From contig CAZHCG010000002.1 of assembly GCA_964530995.1 (NCBI GenBank), forward strand, positions 23,558-87,557: a stretch of 64,000 nucleotides of DNA. Reading direction: 5' to 3'. Position 1 is the first letter of the stretch; every line of letters starts with the position of its first letter. The stretch comes from an uncultured Myxococcales bacterium. GTDB taxonomy: Bacteria; Myxococcota_A; Polyangia; JAAYKL01. Positions 52,467-63,996 of the stretch are shown piece by piece. Made by a program: the position numbers and the translations under genes. The notes under the pieces are model-generated. The model was not told where the DNA came from. It searched no databases and worked only from the letters and a program-made list of their open reading frames with translations.

Positions 52467-53564
52467 TTGATGGGTTCGGCTCGCGACGACGAATCTGCGC
52501 TGGCCGGCCGGCTGATCCTGGCCGGCTTCGACGGCGCGGAGCTGCCCGACCGCTTGGCGCGCGACCTGGAGCGCGGCGCGCTGGCCGGGATCGTTCTGTT
52601 CGCGCGCAACGTGGAGAGCCCGGCCCAGGTGCGGCGCCTGACGGACGAGGCGCGGCGGGCCGCCGGCGGATCGCCGGCGCCGATCGTGGCCGTCGACCAG
52701 GAAGGCGGCCGCGTTGTGCGCCTGCGCGAGCCGCTGACCGTGCTGCCGACTGCCCGAGCGCTGGGTGCGATCGACGATCCCGAGCTCACCGAGCGGGCCG
52801 GACGGCTGGTCGGCGCCGAGCTGCGCGCCTCGGGGTTCACGCTCGATTTTGCGCCGGTGCTCGACGTGGACATCAATCCCGACTCCCCGGTGATCGGCGA
52901 TCGTTCCTACGGGGCGAGCCCGGCCGCGGTGGTGCGCCACGGGCTGGCGTTCGCGCGCGGGCTGAAGGACGGCGGCGTGCTGCCCTGCGCCAAGCACTTT
53001 CCGGGACACGGTCGCGCCACGCTGGACAGCCACCTCTCGCTGCCGCGCATCGATTGCGGCCGCGAGAGCCTCGAGGCGGTCGAGCTGGAGCCGTTCCGCG
53101 CCTGGTGCCGCACCGGTCTGGGGCCGGTGATGACAGCCCACGCCGTCTACCCCGCCCTCGATCCGGAGCAGCCCGCCACCGCCAGCCGCGGCATCGTGCG
53201 GGGCGAGCTGCGGGAACGCCTGCGTTTCGGCGGCGCGGTGCTGAGCGACGACCTGGAGATGGGCGCTGTCGGAGACTCCGGGGGGCCGTCGGCCGTGGCG
53301 GTCCGCGCGCTGGCGGCCGGAGTGGACGGCATGCTCGTCTGTCGCAGCGCGGAGGTGCTCGACGAGGTGCGGGACGGCCTGGCGCGCGCTATCTCTTCCG
53401 AGCCCGGTCTGCTGCGCCGCGTGGAGGTCGCCTCCTCTCGCCTGGCGGCGCTGGGCGAGCCGCCGGGACCCGACGTCGAGCTCGAATGGCTGGGGTCGGC
53501 CGACCACCGGGCGGCCCGCTCGCCGGTCATCGAGCGGATCCGCGAGGCAACGAAAAAGAGTTGA
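52467..53564 (+). CDS. nagZ: Beta-N-acetylhexosaminidase NagZ (GH3)
   Basis: KHFPGHG motif, the Asp-His catalytic dyad region, and length/organisation of cytoplasmic NagZ. Confidence 0.85.
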   Translation: MMGSARDDESALAGRLILAGFDGAELPDRLARDLERGALAGIVLFARNVESPAQVRRLTDEARRAAGGSPAPIVAVDQEGGRVVRLREPLTVLPTARALGAIDDPELTERAGRLVGAELRASGFTLDFAPVLDVDINPDSPVIGDRSYGASPAAVVRHGLAFARGLKDGGVLPCAKHFPGHGRATLDSHLSLPRIDCGRESLEAVELEPFRAWCRTGLGPVMTAHAVYPALDPEQPATASRGIVRGELRERLRFGGAVLSDDLEMGAVGDSGGPSAVAVRALAAGVDGMLVCRSAEVLDEVRDGLARAISSEPGLLRRVEVASSRLAALGEPPGPDVELEWLGSADHRAARSPVIERIREATKKS

Positions 53565-55213
53565 GCGTCCACGGCAACACCAACGGCCTCAAGACCGCCC
53601 AGAAGCGCTCCTTGGAGCGGCTGGCCTCGCGGCGAATTCCGGCCGAAAGAATCGTCACTCCGGAGCTGTCCCAGTCGCTGGCGCTGATCTCGCGGGAGAT
53701 CGGACGCCAGGTGGGGCTGTTCATCGATCGCAGCGGTCAGGTGACGCGGGTCACCGTCGGCGACCAGCGCCGCATCTGGCTGCCCGACTTCGGACGCCTG
53801 CGCGCCGGCGAGCGCCGCTTCCGCGGCCTGCGGCTGGTGCACACCCATCTGCGCTCCGAGCCGCTCAGCCGCGACGACCTGACCGACCTGACACGGCTGC
53901 GGCTCGACATGGTGGTCGCCATCGGAGTCGCGCCGGAGGGAACGCCCGGCGCGGTCTACTACGCGCACCTGCTGCCTCCTTCGCCGGACGGGGAGCTGTA
54001 CCGCCAGGCGGGTCCGCTCAACCCGGGCATGCTCGACGACGACTTCACCGCGCTGATCGGCTCGCTGGAGGAGGAGTTTCGCCGCCGGGTGCGGTCCAGG
54101 CCGATCGAGGCGGCCGAAGGACGCGCGGTGCTGGCCTCGGTGGTGCGGGACCGGCGCCGGATTCCGGAGGCCGAGCGCTCGCTGGACGAAATCGGAGAGC
54201 TGGCGCGGACCTCGGGAGTGGAGGTGGTGGATCGCGTTATCCAGCTGCGCCCTCGGCCCGACCCGCTCTACGTGCTGGGCCGGGGCAAGCTCGAGGACGT
54301 GACGGTCCGCGCGATGCAGCACGACGCCGACCTCATGATCCTGGACACCGATCTCGATCCCAACCAGGCGCGCGCGATCGCTCAGTCGACCGAGCTGAAG
54401 GTGCTGGACCGCACGCAGCTGATCCTGGACGTCTTCGCCCGGCGCGCCCACTCGCTGGACGGCAAGCTCAAGGTGGAGCTGGCTCAACTCAAGTACCTGA
54501 TGCCCAGGCTGGGCGCGCGGGACGATTCGCTGTCGCGGCTGACCGGCGGGATCGGCGGGCGCGGGCCCGGCGAGACAAAGCTGGAGATCGGCCGCCGCCG
54601 CGCGCGGGACAGGATCGCCCGGCTGCAGAAGAAGCTCGACCGCCTGGCGAAAGGCCGCGCGCAGCGCCGCTCTCTGCGGCGCAGCTCGGGAGTGCCGGTG
54701 CTGTCGATCGTGGGCTACACCAACGCGGGCAAGTCTACTCTGCTCAACGCGCTGACCGACTCCGAGGTACCGGTCGAGAACCGGCTGTTCGCCACGCTCG
54801 ACACCTCGAGCCGCCGCCTGCGCTTCCCCCGCGAGCGTGAGGTGGTGATAACCGACACCGTGGGTTTCATCCGCGACCTGCCCCGGGATCTGATCGACGC
54901 TTTCAAGGCCACGCTCGAGGAGCTGGACGACGCCTCGCTGCTGCTGCACGTGGTCGACGCCGCCGATCCGGTGTATCGTGAGCAGATCGAATGCGTGGAG
55001 CGCATCCTGGCCGACCTCGGACTGGGGTCCAAGCCGAGGCTGGCCGTGCTGAACAAGACCGACCTGCTCGGCAGGGAGGAGGCCGCCGCCGCCGCGCAAT
55101 CCCTGGACGGAGTCGCAATCTCGGCCCGCAACCGCGAGACCCTCGGGCCCCTGCTGGAGCGGATCGAAAAAACCCTGTGGCTGGAAGACACACCCGATCC
55201 ACGTGAGGACTGA
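53561..55213 (+). CDS. hflX: GTPase HflX
   Basis: HflX N-domain, then G-domain ([24 protein letters not shown]). Probable TTG start overlapping the nagZ stop; the ORF-track N-terminal 169 aa are off-frame junk. Confidence 0.85.
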   Translation: MSVHGNTNGLKTAQKRSLERLASRRIPAERIVTPELSQSLALISREIGRQVGLFIDRSGQVTRVTVGDQRRIWLPDFGRLRAGERRFRGLRLVHTHLRSEPLSRDDLTDLTRLRLDMVVAIGVAPEGTPGAVYYAHLLPPSPDGELYRQAGPLNPGMLDDDFTALIGSLEEEFRRRVRSRPIEAAEGRAVLASVVRDRRRIPEAERSLDEIGELARTSGVEVVDRVIQLRPRPDPLYVLGRGKLEDVTVRAMQHDADLMILDTDLDPNQARAIAQSTELKVLDRTQLILDVFARRAHSLDGKLKVELAQLKYLMPRLGARDDSLSRLTGGIGGRGPGETKLEIGRRRARDRIARLQKKLDRLAKGRAQRRSLRRSSGVPVLSIVGYTNAGKSTLLNALTDSEVPVENRLFATLDTSSRRLRFPREREVVITDTVGFIRDLPRDLIDAFKATLEELDDASLLLHVVDAADPVYREQIECVERILADLGLGSKPRLAVLNKTDLLGREEAAAAAQSLDGVAISARNRETLGPLLERIEKTLWLEDTPDPRED

Positions 55214-55250
55214 GTGGATCGAGCCGAGATCATTCTGTTTTCACGATCTT

Positions 55251-57032
55251 TCAGGGACGGTAATCGTAGGCTCCGATGTCCGCGGTGACACCCGGATTTC
55301 CGGTTCCCTCCAGGTCTGTCCAGCAGTTTCCGTCCGCGTCGTGCATCGGCGCTGCCTCCTCGTCTCCCACGTCGATGCAGGGCGAGAGCTGCTGCAAACG
55401 ATAATCTCCGTCGACCCACTTGTCGTCGCTCGCATCGTAAGGAGTACCCCCATCGTCCCAGTGTCCGGAATCGACGAACAGCGGCTGCTGGTCGATGTTG
55501 CCCTGGCCCGGGTAGCCGCCCCCGACGTCGCTGTAGGAGACGACCGGCTCGCTCCCGATCTCGTCGTGAATCTCCCCGCCCTCGTCGCCCCACAGGATGC
55601 AGTTGGTCACCTCGGGCTCCGCCAGCTCGGCGTTGTAGATTCCTCCCCCCTGCTGGGCCAGATTGCCGTTGAAGACCGTGTTGATCAGCCTGGGCTCGGC
55701 TCGCGTCCCGTCGTACATGCCTCCGCCGCTGGTGGCGACGTTGCCGACCACCAGCGTGCTGAGCAACCGCGGCCCGCCGTAGCTGACCGCCACGCCTCCG
55801 CCGTTGCGTCCCGCCAGATTCGCGCTCAGATCGCAGGCGGACAGAGAGCCCTCCGTCAGCTCGATCATCGCACCGCCGCCGTCCAGCTCGGCCCGATTGC
55901 TCTCGATGCTGCAGCGGCTGAGCTCCAGGTCGGTGAACCTGACGAACATGCCGCCGCCGTTCAGCTCGGAGCTGTTTCCGCTCACCGCGGTGTCCGCCAT
56001 GACCAGCTCGCCGCGATAGGTGACGATCCCCCCTCCGCTCGCTTGCGCCGAGTTCTCCTCGACCATGCTGTCGTGGATCTCCGGACTGCAACCGTTGTTG
56101 AACAACCCTCCCCCCTCTCCGAGCGCCTCGTTTTGGCGGATTTCCGTGTCGAGGAAGATGGGGAGGCAGGCCGAGTACATCTTCTCCAGGTACAGGGCGC
56201 CGCCGTGCTCTCCGGCGCGGTTGTCCACGAAAACCGTCTCCTCGAAGACCGGCAGGCCGTTGAGCACGTAGACCGCTCCACCTCGTTCGGCCCGGTTGCC
56301 AGAAAACGTCGTAGCCACGAAGCTGGGAGTGCTGTCGTAGACGAAGACCGCTCCGCCGTCGTAGGCCGCGTTGTCCTCCAGCTCGCAGTTCGCGATCGAG
56401 GTCGACGCCGCGTTGAGGTAGATCCCGCCGCCCCGGTGGTGGGGCGACTCTCCGACCGCGTTCCCGCCTCTCACGACGAACCCGTCGAGGCGCGAGTCGC
56501 TGGCGCCCATCACCACGTGGTAGACCCGCCCGTTTCCGTCCTGCTGGCGCCCCTCCAGCACGGTCGGATGCGTTTCGGGATCGCGCTGGTAGAGATACTG
56601 CTCGTCTCCCGCGAACCCGCCGTAGGCATCGACGTGCGGGTGCAGCTTGAAGGTGTCCAGCGGGTCGCCCTCCCAGGCGCGATAGGTGCCGTTCGCAACC
56701 CAGACCGAGCAGGAGCCGAGCACCTGCGCCGCGTCGTAGGCCGCTTCGATCCCCTCTTGCAGGTCGTCGAACGCGGTCTGCCAGGTGAAGCCGCAATCAT
56801 CGTCGCTTTCGGAATCGAAGCGCACGTAGCGGATGCAGCGCCCCAGCTGGTCGGTGTAATCCGGCGGGCACCCGTTGTCAGTGTCGGCGTGGCTCTCGGT
56901 CTCGGCCTCGGTCTCCGTCTCCGTGTCCGCCTCGGCCGGGTAGAACGGCACCTCGGGATCGTCTCGCCCGGCGCAGCCGGCGACCGAGGCCGCCGCGAGC
57001 GCCAAGCCGACCAGAATCAGACGAACGCGCAT
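55251..57032 (-). CDS. Right-handed parallel beta-helix repeat lipoprotein
   Basis: Start at the internal Met (MRVRLILVGLALAAASVAGCAG). TETETEAETE acidic linker. Many GGGxY/NN.A..GGA beta-helix turns (GGAVFVYD, GGAVYVLNG, GGALYLEK, GGGMFVRF, GGGVAVSYG). Confidence 0.65.
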   Translation of the reverse strand: MRVRLILVGLALAAASVAGCAGRDDPEVPFYPAEADTETETEAETESHADTDNGCPPDYTDQLGRCIRYVRFDSESDDDCGFTWQTAFDDLQEGIEAAYDAAQVLGSCSVWVANGTYRAWEGDPLDTFKLHPHVDAYGGFAGDEQYLYQRDPETHPTVLEGRQQDGNGRVYHVVMGASDSRLDGFVVRGGNAVGESPHHRGGGIYLNAASTSIANCELEDNAAYDGGAVFVYDSTPSFVATTFSGNRAERGGAVYVLNGLPVFEETVFVDNRAGEHGGALYLEKMYSACLPIFLDTEIRQNEALGEGGGLFNNGCSPEIHDSMVEENSAQASGGGIVTYRGELVMADTAVSGNSSELNGGGMFVRFTDLELSRCSIESNRAELDGGGAMIELTEGSLSACDLSANLAGRNGGGVAVSYGGPRLLSTLVVGNVATSGGGMYDGTRAEPRLINTVFNGNLAQQGGGIYNAELAEPEVTNCILWGDEGGEIHDEIGSEPVVSYSDVGGGYPGQGNIDQQPLFVDSGHWDDGGTPYDASDDKWVDGDYRLQQLSPCIDVGDEEAAPMHDADGNCWTDLEGTGNPGVTADIGAYDYRP

Positions 57033-57181
57033 CTCCACCTCTCGCGCGGGAGCCCAGAACACCTTGGGGACGACATACCCCATTGCTCCACCATGCAAAA
57101 AATAAGGCAACACGCGTGCCAACACAACTACAACTCGGTTAGGATGTGGGTGTGGAGCCCGGCAGGGTAAGGAGGATTCCC

Positions 57182-59101
57182 ATGCGTCATTTTTCAATCC
57201 CGCTGGCCGCGCTGCTGGCCGCATCCGCGCTCTCGGCCAGCGAAGAGGCTCGGGCCGAAGATCGCCGGACGCGACCATCCGTCCACCAGCTCGAGCTCCA
57301 GCGCCACCGCGAGCCGGCTCCCGCTCCCGCGCCGGCCGATCCACCCGCGGCGCGCCCCCTCGAACAGCGCGACCCGATTGTGCAGCGAATCGTCTACGGC
57401 TACTACCCGTACTGGTCCTCCGGCTACGAGGATCTCCAGTGGGAGCTGTTGACCCACGTGGCCTGGTTCGCCATCTCGCTCGACGCCGGCGGAAGCTCGG
57501 TGGACAGCAACGGCTGGCCGGGAAGCTGGACCGGGCTGGTCGACACGGCCCACGCCGAGGGGGTTCGCGTCGACGTGGCGTTCACCCTCTTCTCGTCGAG
57601 CGCGATCGAGACCCTGCTTACCAGCGCCGCCAACCGATCGAACGCGATCGACACGATCGTTTCCGCGATCGAGGACGGCGGCGCCGACGGCGCGGCGATC
57701 GACTTCGAGGGCGTTCCCTCGGCCGCGGCGGACGGGCTGGCGACCTTCCTCGCGGAGCTGAGGCAGCGCTTCGACGAGCTGGGCTGGTACGACAAGCAGA
57801 TCTCGGTGGCCGGGCCGGCGGTCGACTGGTCCGGGGCCTTCTACCTTTCCGAGCTGATCGACGCGATCGACATCTTTTTCATAATGGGTTACGATTACTT
57901 TTGGAGCGGCTCGTCCTACGCCGGTCCGACAGGAATCGTGCTCACCGACGAGCTCTGGGGCTCGTACACCTCCCACTCCCAGCTCCGATCGATGGCGACC
58001 TACGCCGGCCAGGTCGGCGAGCAGGAGCGGGCCAAGATCGTGCTGGGCGTTCCGTACTACGGGCGCGAGTGGACCACCGCCAGCGACCAGCTCGCGGCCG
58101 CGACCTACTCCAACGTCGGCTCGGTCACCTACGTCACCGCGATGAGCGATATCGAGGACCCGGACGTCGACTCGCTTTGGGATCCGCACTCCCTGGGGCC
58201 GTGGTACGTCTGGTGGGAAGGCGCCTCCTGGCACGAGGTCTACTACGAGGACGCCGAGAGCCTGGCCTGGAAGTACCGCTTCGCCCTGGAGCAGGGGATG
58301 GGCGGAATCGGAATCTGGGCGCTGCGCTACGACGCCGGGTACACCGAGCTGTGGGACGAGATCGAGTACGCCTTCGCATCCGACTTCGCGCCGCACGAGG
58401 GCGATCGGCTCGACCCGATTCCGGTCGCCGAGCTGCCTTTCGAAGACGCGCGCGACAGCTCGGATCTGGCCGCCGGCGGGATGTTCTTCGACTGGTACTC
58501 GTGCAACGACGCGCTCGCCGAGTGGGGGCGCGAGCACGTCTACCGGGTCGAAATCTGCCACCAGGGCACGCTGACCGCCTCGGTCGCGGGAGACGGCGGG
58601 GGCGTCGACAACGACGTGCACATCCTGTCCGCACCGTCCGAGGACGCCTGCCTGTCCCGCGGCCACAGCGAGGCCTCCTGGGAGGTGACGCCGGGGAGCT
58701 GGTACGTGGTGGTCGACACCTACGTCGAAGGGGGCGTCCCGTGCTGGGGCCCGTACGAGCTGACGATCGAAGGCGAAGGGATCCCCAATCCGCAGTGCGA
58801 CGGCGGACTGGTCTGCCAGCAGGGGGAGTGCGTCGATCCCGGCGCCGACGCGGACACGGACGCCGACTCCGACGCGGACTCCGACGTGGACACGGATGCC
58901 GACACGGACGCCGACGCCGACGCCGACTCCGACGCGGACGCCGACACGAGCTCCGGGCACGATACCGGGGCGGACAGCTCGACCGCGGCCGACGCGGAGG
59001 AAAGCTACCAGCCGGGCGATTCGTGCGGGTGCAGGACGCCGGGCGCCCGGCTGGAATCAGAACCCCTGGAGCTGCTGGCGAGGCTGGCCGGACAGCTCTG
59101 A
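57182..59101 (+). CDS. Secreted GH18-family (chitinase-like) glycoside hydrolase with a C-terminal module and DTD repeat tail
   Basis: Signal peptide. YGYYPYWS GH18 start motif. Catalytic-region variant DGGADGAAIDFEG (D-x-x-D-x-D-W-E with D4 to A and W to F, Glu retained). MGYDY substrate-binding motif. C-terminal DADTDADSDADSDVDTD tail. Confidence 0.75.
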   Translation: MRHFSIPLAALLAASALSASEEARAEDRRTRPSVHQLELQRHREPAPAPAPADPPAARPLEQRDPIVQRIVYGYYPYWSSGYEDLQWELLTHVAWFAISLDAGGSSVDSNGWPGSWTGLVDTAHAEGVRVDVAFTLFSSSAIETLLTSAANRSNAIDTIVSAIEDGGADGAAIDFEGVPSAAADGLATFLAELRQRFDELGWYDKQISVAGPAVDWSGAFYLSELIDAIDIFFIMGYDYFWSGSSYAGPTGIVLTDELWGSYTSHSQLRSMATYAGQVGEQERAKIVLGVPYYGREWTTASDQLAAATYSNVGSVTYVTAMSDIEDPDVDSLWDPHSLGPWYVWWEGASWHEVYYEDAESLAWKYRFALEQGMGGIGIWALRYDAGYTELWDEIEYAFASDFAPHEGDRLDPIPVAELPFEDARDSSDLAAGGMFFDWYSCNDALAEWGREHVYRVEICHQGTLTASVAGDGGGVDNDVHILSAPSEDACLSRGHSEASWEVTPGSWYVVVDTYVEGGVPCWGPYELTIEGEGIPNPQCDGGLVCQQGECVDPGADADTDADSDADSDVDTDADTDADADADSDADADTSSGHDTGADSSTAADAEESYQPGDSCGCRTPGARLESEPLELLARLAGQL

Positions 59102-59156
59102 CAGGTCCGACCCGTCGGACAAGTCCGACCCCGACCTGTCAGACCCGTCCGACCTG

Positions 59157-59987
59157 TCAGACCTGTCTGACCTCTCCGATCAACCAGGCCGCCCCTTCCG
59201 GCGAGTCGAGCAGCCTCGTCTGCTCGGACGGCTCGATCCGCGGCGGCTCCTCGGCGTGGCCGGGACCGGCGCCGGACTCCTCGCGCTCCTTGCGCAGCCG
59301 GCGGACCTCCTCCATCGGCAGCAGCTCTCCGAGCAGCCGGTCCAGGTAGAGCACCCCGTCGAGGTGGTCGAGCTCGTGCTGCCACAGCACGGCGTCGTAT
59401 CCCTCCGCCTCGGTGACCAGCTCTTCGCCGTCGACCGCCGTGTGCCGCACCCGAATCCAGCGGTTGCGGCGCACCATGCCCCCCACTCCCGGCACCGAAA
59501 GACAACCCTCGTAGCCCTCGACGCAGTCGTCGGAGCGCTCCAGGATCACCGGGTTGCGGACGAAGACGGTCTCGGGATGATCGATCTTGTAGCCCAGCAT
59601 CAGCGTCGCCACGCGCAGCGAAAGCCCGACCTGGGGGCCGGCCAGGCCGACCCCTCCCTCCTCGTTCATCGTGCGCTCCATCCGAACCGCCACCTCGTCG
59701 AGATCCAGCCCGGGGGGCACCTCGCGCGCGCGCCTCCTGAGCACGGTGCTGTCGTCGCAACCGCGCACGACGACTTCGAGCTCATTTTGAACGGCCTCCA
59801 CCAGTGGCCGCTCCTCGTCCGTCCACTCGAAGCTCTCCGCCGCGGAGCTCGCCTCCGGCCTCGCCGGCTCGGAAGGCGGCGGAGCTCCGGTCGGCGTCGC
59901 GGGCCGGCGTCCCGCGCAACCCGCCAGCCCGGCGGCTCCGACTGTCGTGGCGGCGGCGATGAAATTTCTTCTCGTCAATTCCTTCAT
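59157..59987 (-). CDS. def: Peptide deformylase homolog with an N-terminal Tat-type signal/lipobox and ~70-aa linker
   Basis: Start MKELTRRNFIAAATTVGAAGLAGCAG (twin-Arg plus lipobox). PDF motifs GVGLAGPQVG, EGCLSVPG and HELDHLDG are all present. Confidence 0.8.
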   Translation of the reverse strand: MKELTRRNFIAAATTVGAAGLAGCAGRRPATPTGAPPPSEPARPEASSAAESFEWTDEERPLVEAVQNELEVVVRGCDDSTVLRRRAREVPPGLDLDEVAVRMERTMNEEGGVGLAGPQVGLSLRVATLMLGYKIDHPETVFVRNPVILERSDDCVEGYEGCLSVPGVGGMVRRNRWIRVRHTAVDGEELVTEAEGYDAVLWQHELDHLDGVLYLDRLLGELLPMEEVRRLRKEREESGAGPGHAEEPPRIEPSEQTRLLDSPEGAAWLIGEVRQV

Positions 59988-59992
59988 TCGAG

Positions 59993-60922
59993 CTACTCCA
60001 TCCCCAGCAGGCGGGCGATCCCCGCCGTGTAGCGTTCGACGACCCAGGGGCCGACGAACAGGTGCTCCAGCGCGCCGAGCGCCAGGAAAGGCCCGAAGGG
60101 GATCCGCGACTTGAGAAACCCCGGGTCCGTCGCCGGCCGCTCTCCGTCTTGCTCTCGTTCCTCCTCCCCGATCTCCTCTTCGAACACCGGCTCGCTGTCC
60201 AGCCCCCGACGTCGGCGAGCGCGAATCACCACCCCCGCGATCAGCCCCTGGATCGCGCCGGCGAAAAGGGCGAACAGCGCCCCGCGGATACCGAAAAACG
60301 CCCCGATCATCGCCACCAGCCTGGCGTCCCCCTCGCCCATGCCCGGCTTGCCGGTCAACAGCCGGTAACCGTCGACGAACAGCAGGCGAATCGCCGCGTA
60401 TCCTCCCACCGCCGCGATCAACGGCTCCCGCCAGCCGAGATCGAGCAAAAAGGCGTTGGCCGCGAGGCCGACGGCGATTCCCGGCAAGGGAATCACGTCG
60501 GGAATCCAGTAGGTCTCCAAATCGATCAAGCCGGCGGTGACCATCGCCCAGCAGAAGGCGAACAGGACGAAGTACTCGGCCAGCCCCTGCTGGAACGAGG
60601 GCGGATCGGCCAGCAGCGTGAGCCGGATCACTCCCACGGACAGCAGCGCCAGCGCCGCCTCGACCACCACGTAGCGAGGCGAGAATCGCGCTTTGCACTC
60701 GCGGCAGCGGCCGCGCAGCACCAAAAAAGAAACGATCGGCACGTTGTTGTACCAGCGAACCGGTTTTCCGCAGGAGATGCAGTGCGAGGCCGGCCTCAAG
60801 ACCGACATCTCTCGGGGCCAGCGCACGATCACCACGTTGGCGAACGAGCCCCACAGCGCGCCGAACACCGCGGCCGCAGCGTACCACTGCCAGGCCGGCA
60901 GCAGGTGGTACGAATCGAACAT
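59993..60922 (-). CDS. pilD: Prepilin peptidase (A24 family, PilD)
   Basis: N-terminal tetra-Cys zinc motif (CISCGKP...CRECKARF), polytopic, conserved Asp-containing GxGDxRL motif (GMGEGDARLV). Confidence 0.8.
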   Translation of the reverse strand: MFDSYHLLPAWQWYAAAAVFGALWGSFANVVIVRWPREMSVLRPASHCISCGKPVRWYNNVPIVSFLVLRGRCRECKARFSPRYVVVEAALALLSVGVIRLTLLADPPSFQQGLAEYFVLFAFCWAMVTAGLIDLETYWIPDVIPLPGIAVGLAANAFLLDLGWREPLIAAVGGYAAIRLLFVDGYRLLTGKPGMGEGDARLVAMIGAFFGIRGALFALFAGAIQGLIAGVVIRARRRRGLDSEPVFEEEIGEEEREQDGERPATDPGFLKSRIPFGPFLALGALEHLFVGPWVVERYTAGIARLLGME

Positions 60923-61010
60923 CGACGGGAGTCTAGCAGAAAACCGGCGCGGCCGGGGAGCTCTCCCGACCGCGCCGTCTACGAACAGGTCGCTCTCGAA
61001 GCGAACGGGA

Positions 61011-62976
<1,966 letters not shown>

Positions 62977-63041
62977 GGCTGACCTCCTCCTGCTCAGCAA
63001 AAAAACCTTTTTTTTCGAAAACTTGCGGTCCTCTACTCCTC

Positions 63042-63069
63042 TTGAGCACTCAAAGGGTCCGAGTGCTCG
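63042..63069. promoter_or_regulatory. CIRCE element (HrcA operator) upstream of groESL: TTGAGCACTC-N9-GAGTGCTCG
   Basis: Matches CIRCE consensus TTAGCACTC-N9-GAGTGCTAA with 3 mismatches, 66-93 nt upstream of groES. Preceded on the minus strand by a TTGACA (63098-63103) / TAGGAT promoter. Confidence 0.6.
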
Positions 63070-63099
63070 CGAGACATCCTAATCACCGCTCGGGGGTTG

Positions 63100-63996
63100 T
63101 CAACGGCGTGGAGTGTTTTTTTCCGAAATTACATCGAGCTGCTCGGCAAAAGCCTCGATCCGCTCCGCGTTTCTGGTCGAGCTGTACTGCTCCGGATCGT
63201 TGTGATCCGCCTCGAGCACCAGATGGGGAGCTCCGCTGTCTTCCGTGACTCGCCTTTGCAGGCCGAACCGGCAGTTGGTGTTGGCCGGGCAGGTACGAGA
63301 GTCGTGCCACAGAATCCCGTCGCAGCGATACTTCTCGAGCTCGCTTGCTATGCGCAGGCCCTTGACCCGCTCGCTTCTGCAGACAAACAGTTCCGTGTAG
63401 GCGCGCGCCATCGACTCCCACGGCAGTTCGGCGTCGAGCGCGTCGAAAACCCACGATCCACAGTAGGTGGAAGCCACCACCGAAATCCCGAGCGCCTGGA
63501 AGGTGGACTCCAGCTCGCGCAGCGCCGGCCAGATCGGCATTCCCTCCCAGTAGAGCCGATGCCTCTCCGGATCGACAGGGGTAAAGCCTTCCTCGCGGCG
63601 AGACTCCAGCTCTTCGAGCAGCTCCTCGTAGCAGCCGACGGCCTGCTCGGTGCCGCGCGCAACCACCGCGGGCCCCATCGCCACCAGCTGGTCGAAGAAC
63701 GTCCAGGGGCTGCCCTCCGCGGCCGCTGTCTCCAGGCATCTTCCCCACAGGCCGGCGCAGAGCCGCGAGAGACGCACCACCTCGGCCAGTCGATCCTCCT
63801 CGACCGGTAGAGCGCCTTGCACCTCGAGCAACTGCTCGGCAAGCTCGCGGAGCTGTCCGGCGATGAAGGCCACGTGACCGCCCGTCACCTCGTCGACCTC
63901 GACGAAACCGTCCAGGGTCAGCAAGGGGACTCCCAGCCGGCGGGAATAGAAATCGAACCAGCGCCGGATTTCCACGCATTGGTTGGTGCTCGCCAC
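63100..63996 (-). CDS. 2-hydroxyacyl-CoA dehydratase family protein (HgdB/BcrC-type subunit); N-terminus may extend beyond the window
   Basis: YCGSWVFDALD, ARAYTELFVCRS and ILWHDSRTCPANTNCRFG resemble the D-component of 2-hydroxyglutaryl-CoA dehydratase / benzoyl-CoA reductase family (Cys ligands for an Fe-S cluster). Confidence 0.55.
   Translation of the reverse strand: MASTNQCVEIRRWFDFYSRRLGVPLLTLDGFVEVDEVTGGHVAFIAGQLRELAEQLLEVQGALPVEEDRLAEVVRLSRLCAGLWGRCLETAAAEGSPWTFFDQLVAMGPAVVARGTEQAVGCYEELLEELESRREEGFTPVDPERHRLYWEGMPIWPALRELESTFQALGISVVASTYCGSWVFDALDAELPWESMARAYTELFVCRSERVKGLRIASELEKYRCDGILWHDSRTCPANTNCRFGLQRRVTEDSGAPHLVLEADHNDPEQYSSTRNAERIEAFAEQLDVISEKNTPRR

Noticed and set aside
51941-52470. 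Possible CRISPR-like periodicity in 52040-52185 and 58850-58960
   Set aside because: The repeats are 6-9 nt coding microsatellites (DTD/DSD) inside ORFs, not 25-40 nt repeats with unique spacers. No cas genes are present.
53054-53560. N-terminal 169 codons of ORF 53054..55213
   Set aside because: This extension is off-frame relative to nagZ, which occupies the region. HflX homology begins near 53561.
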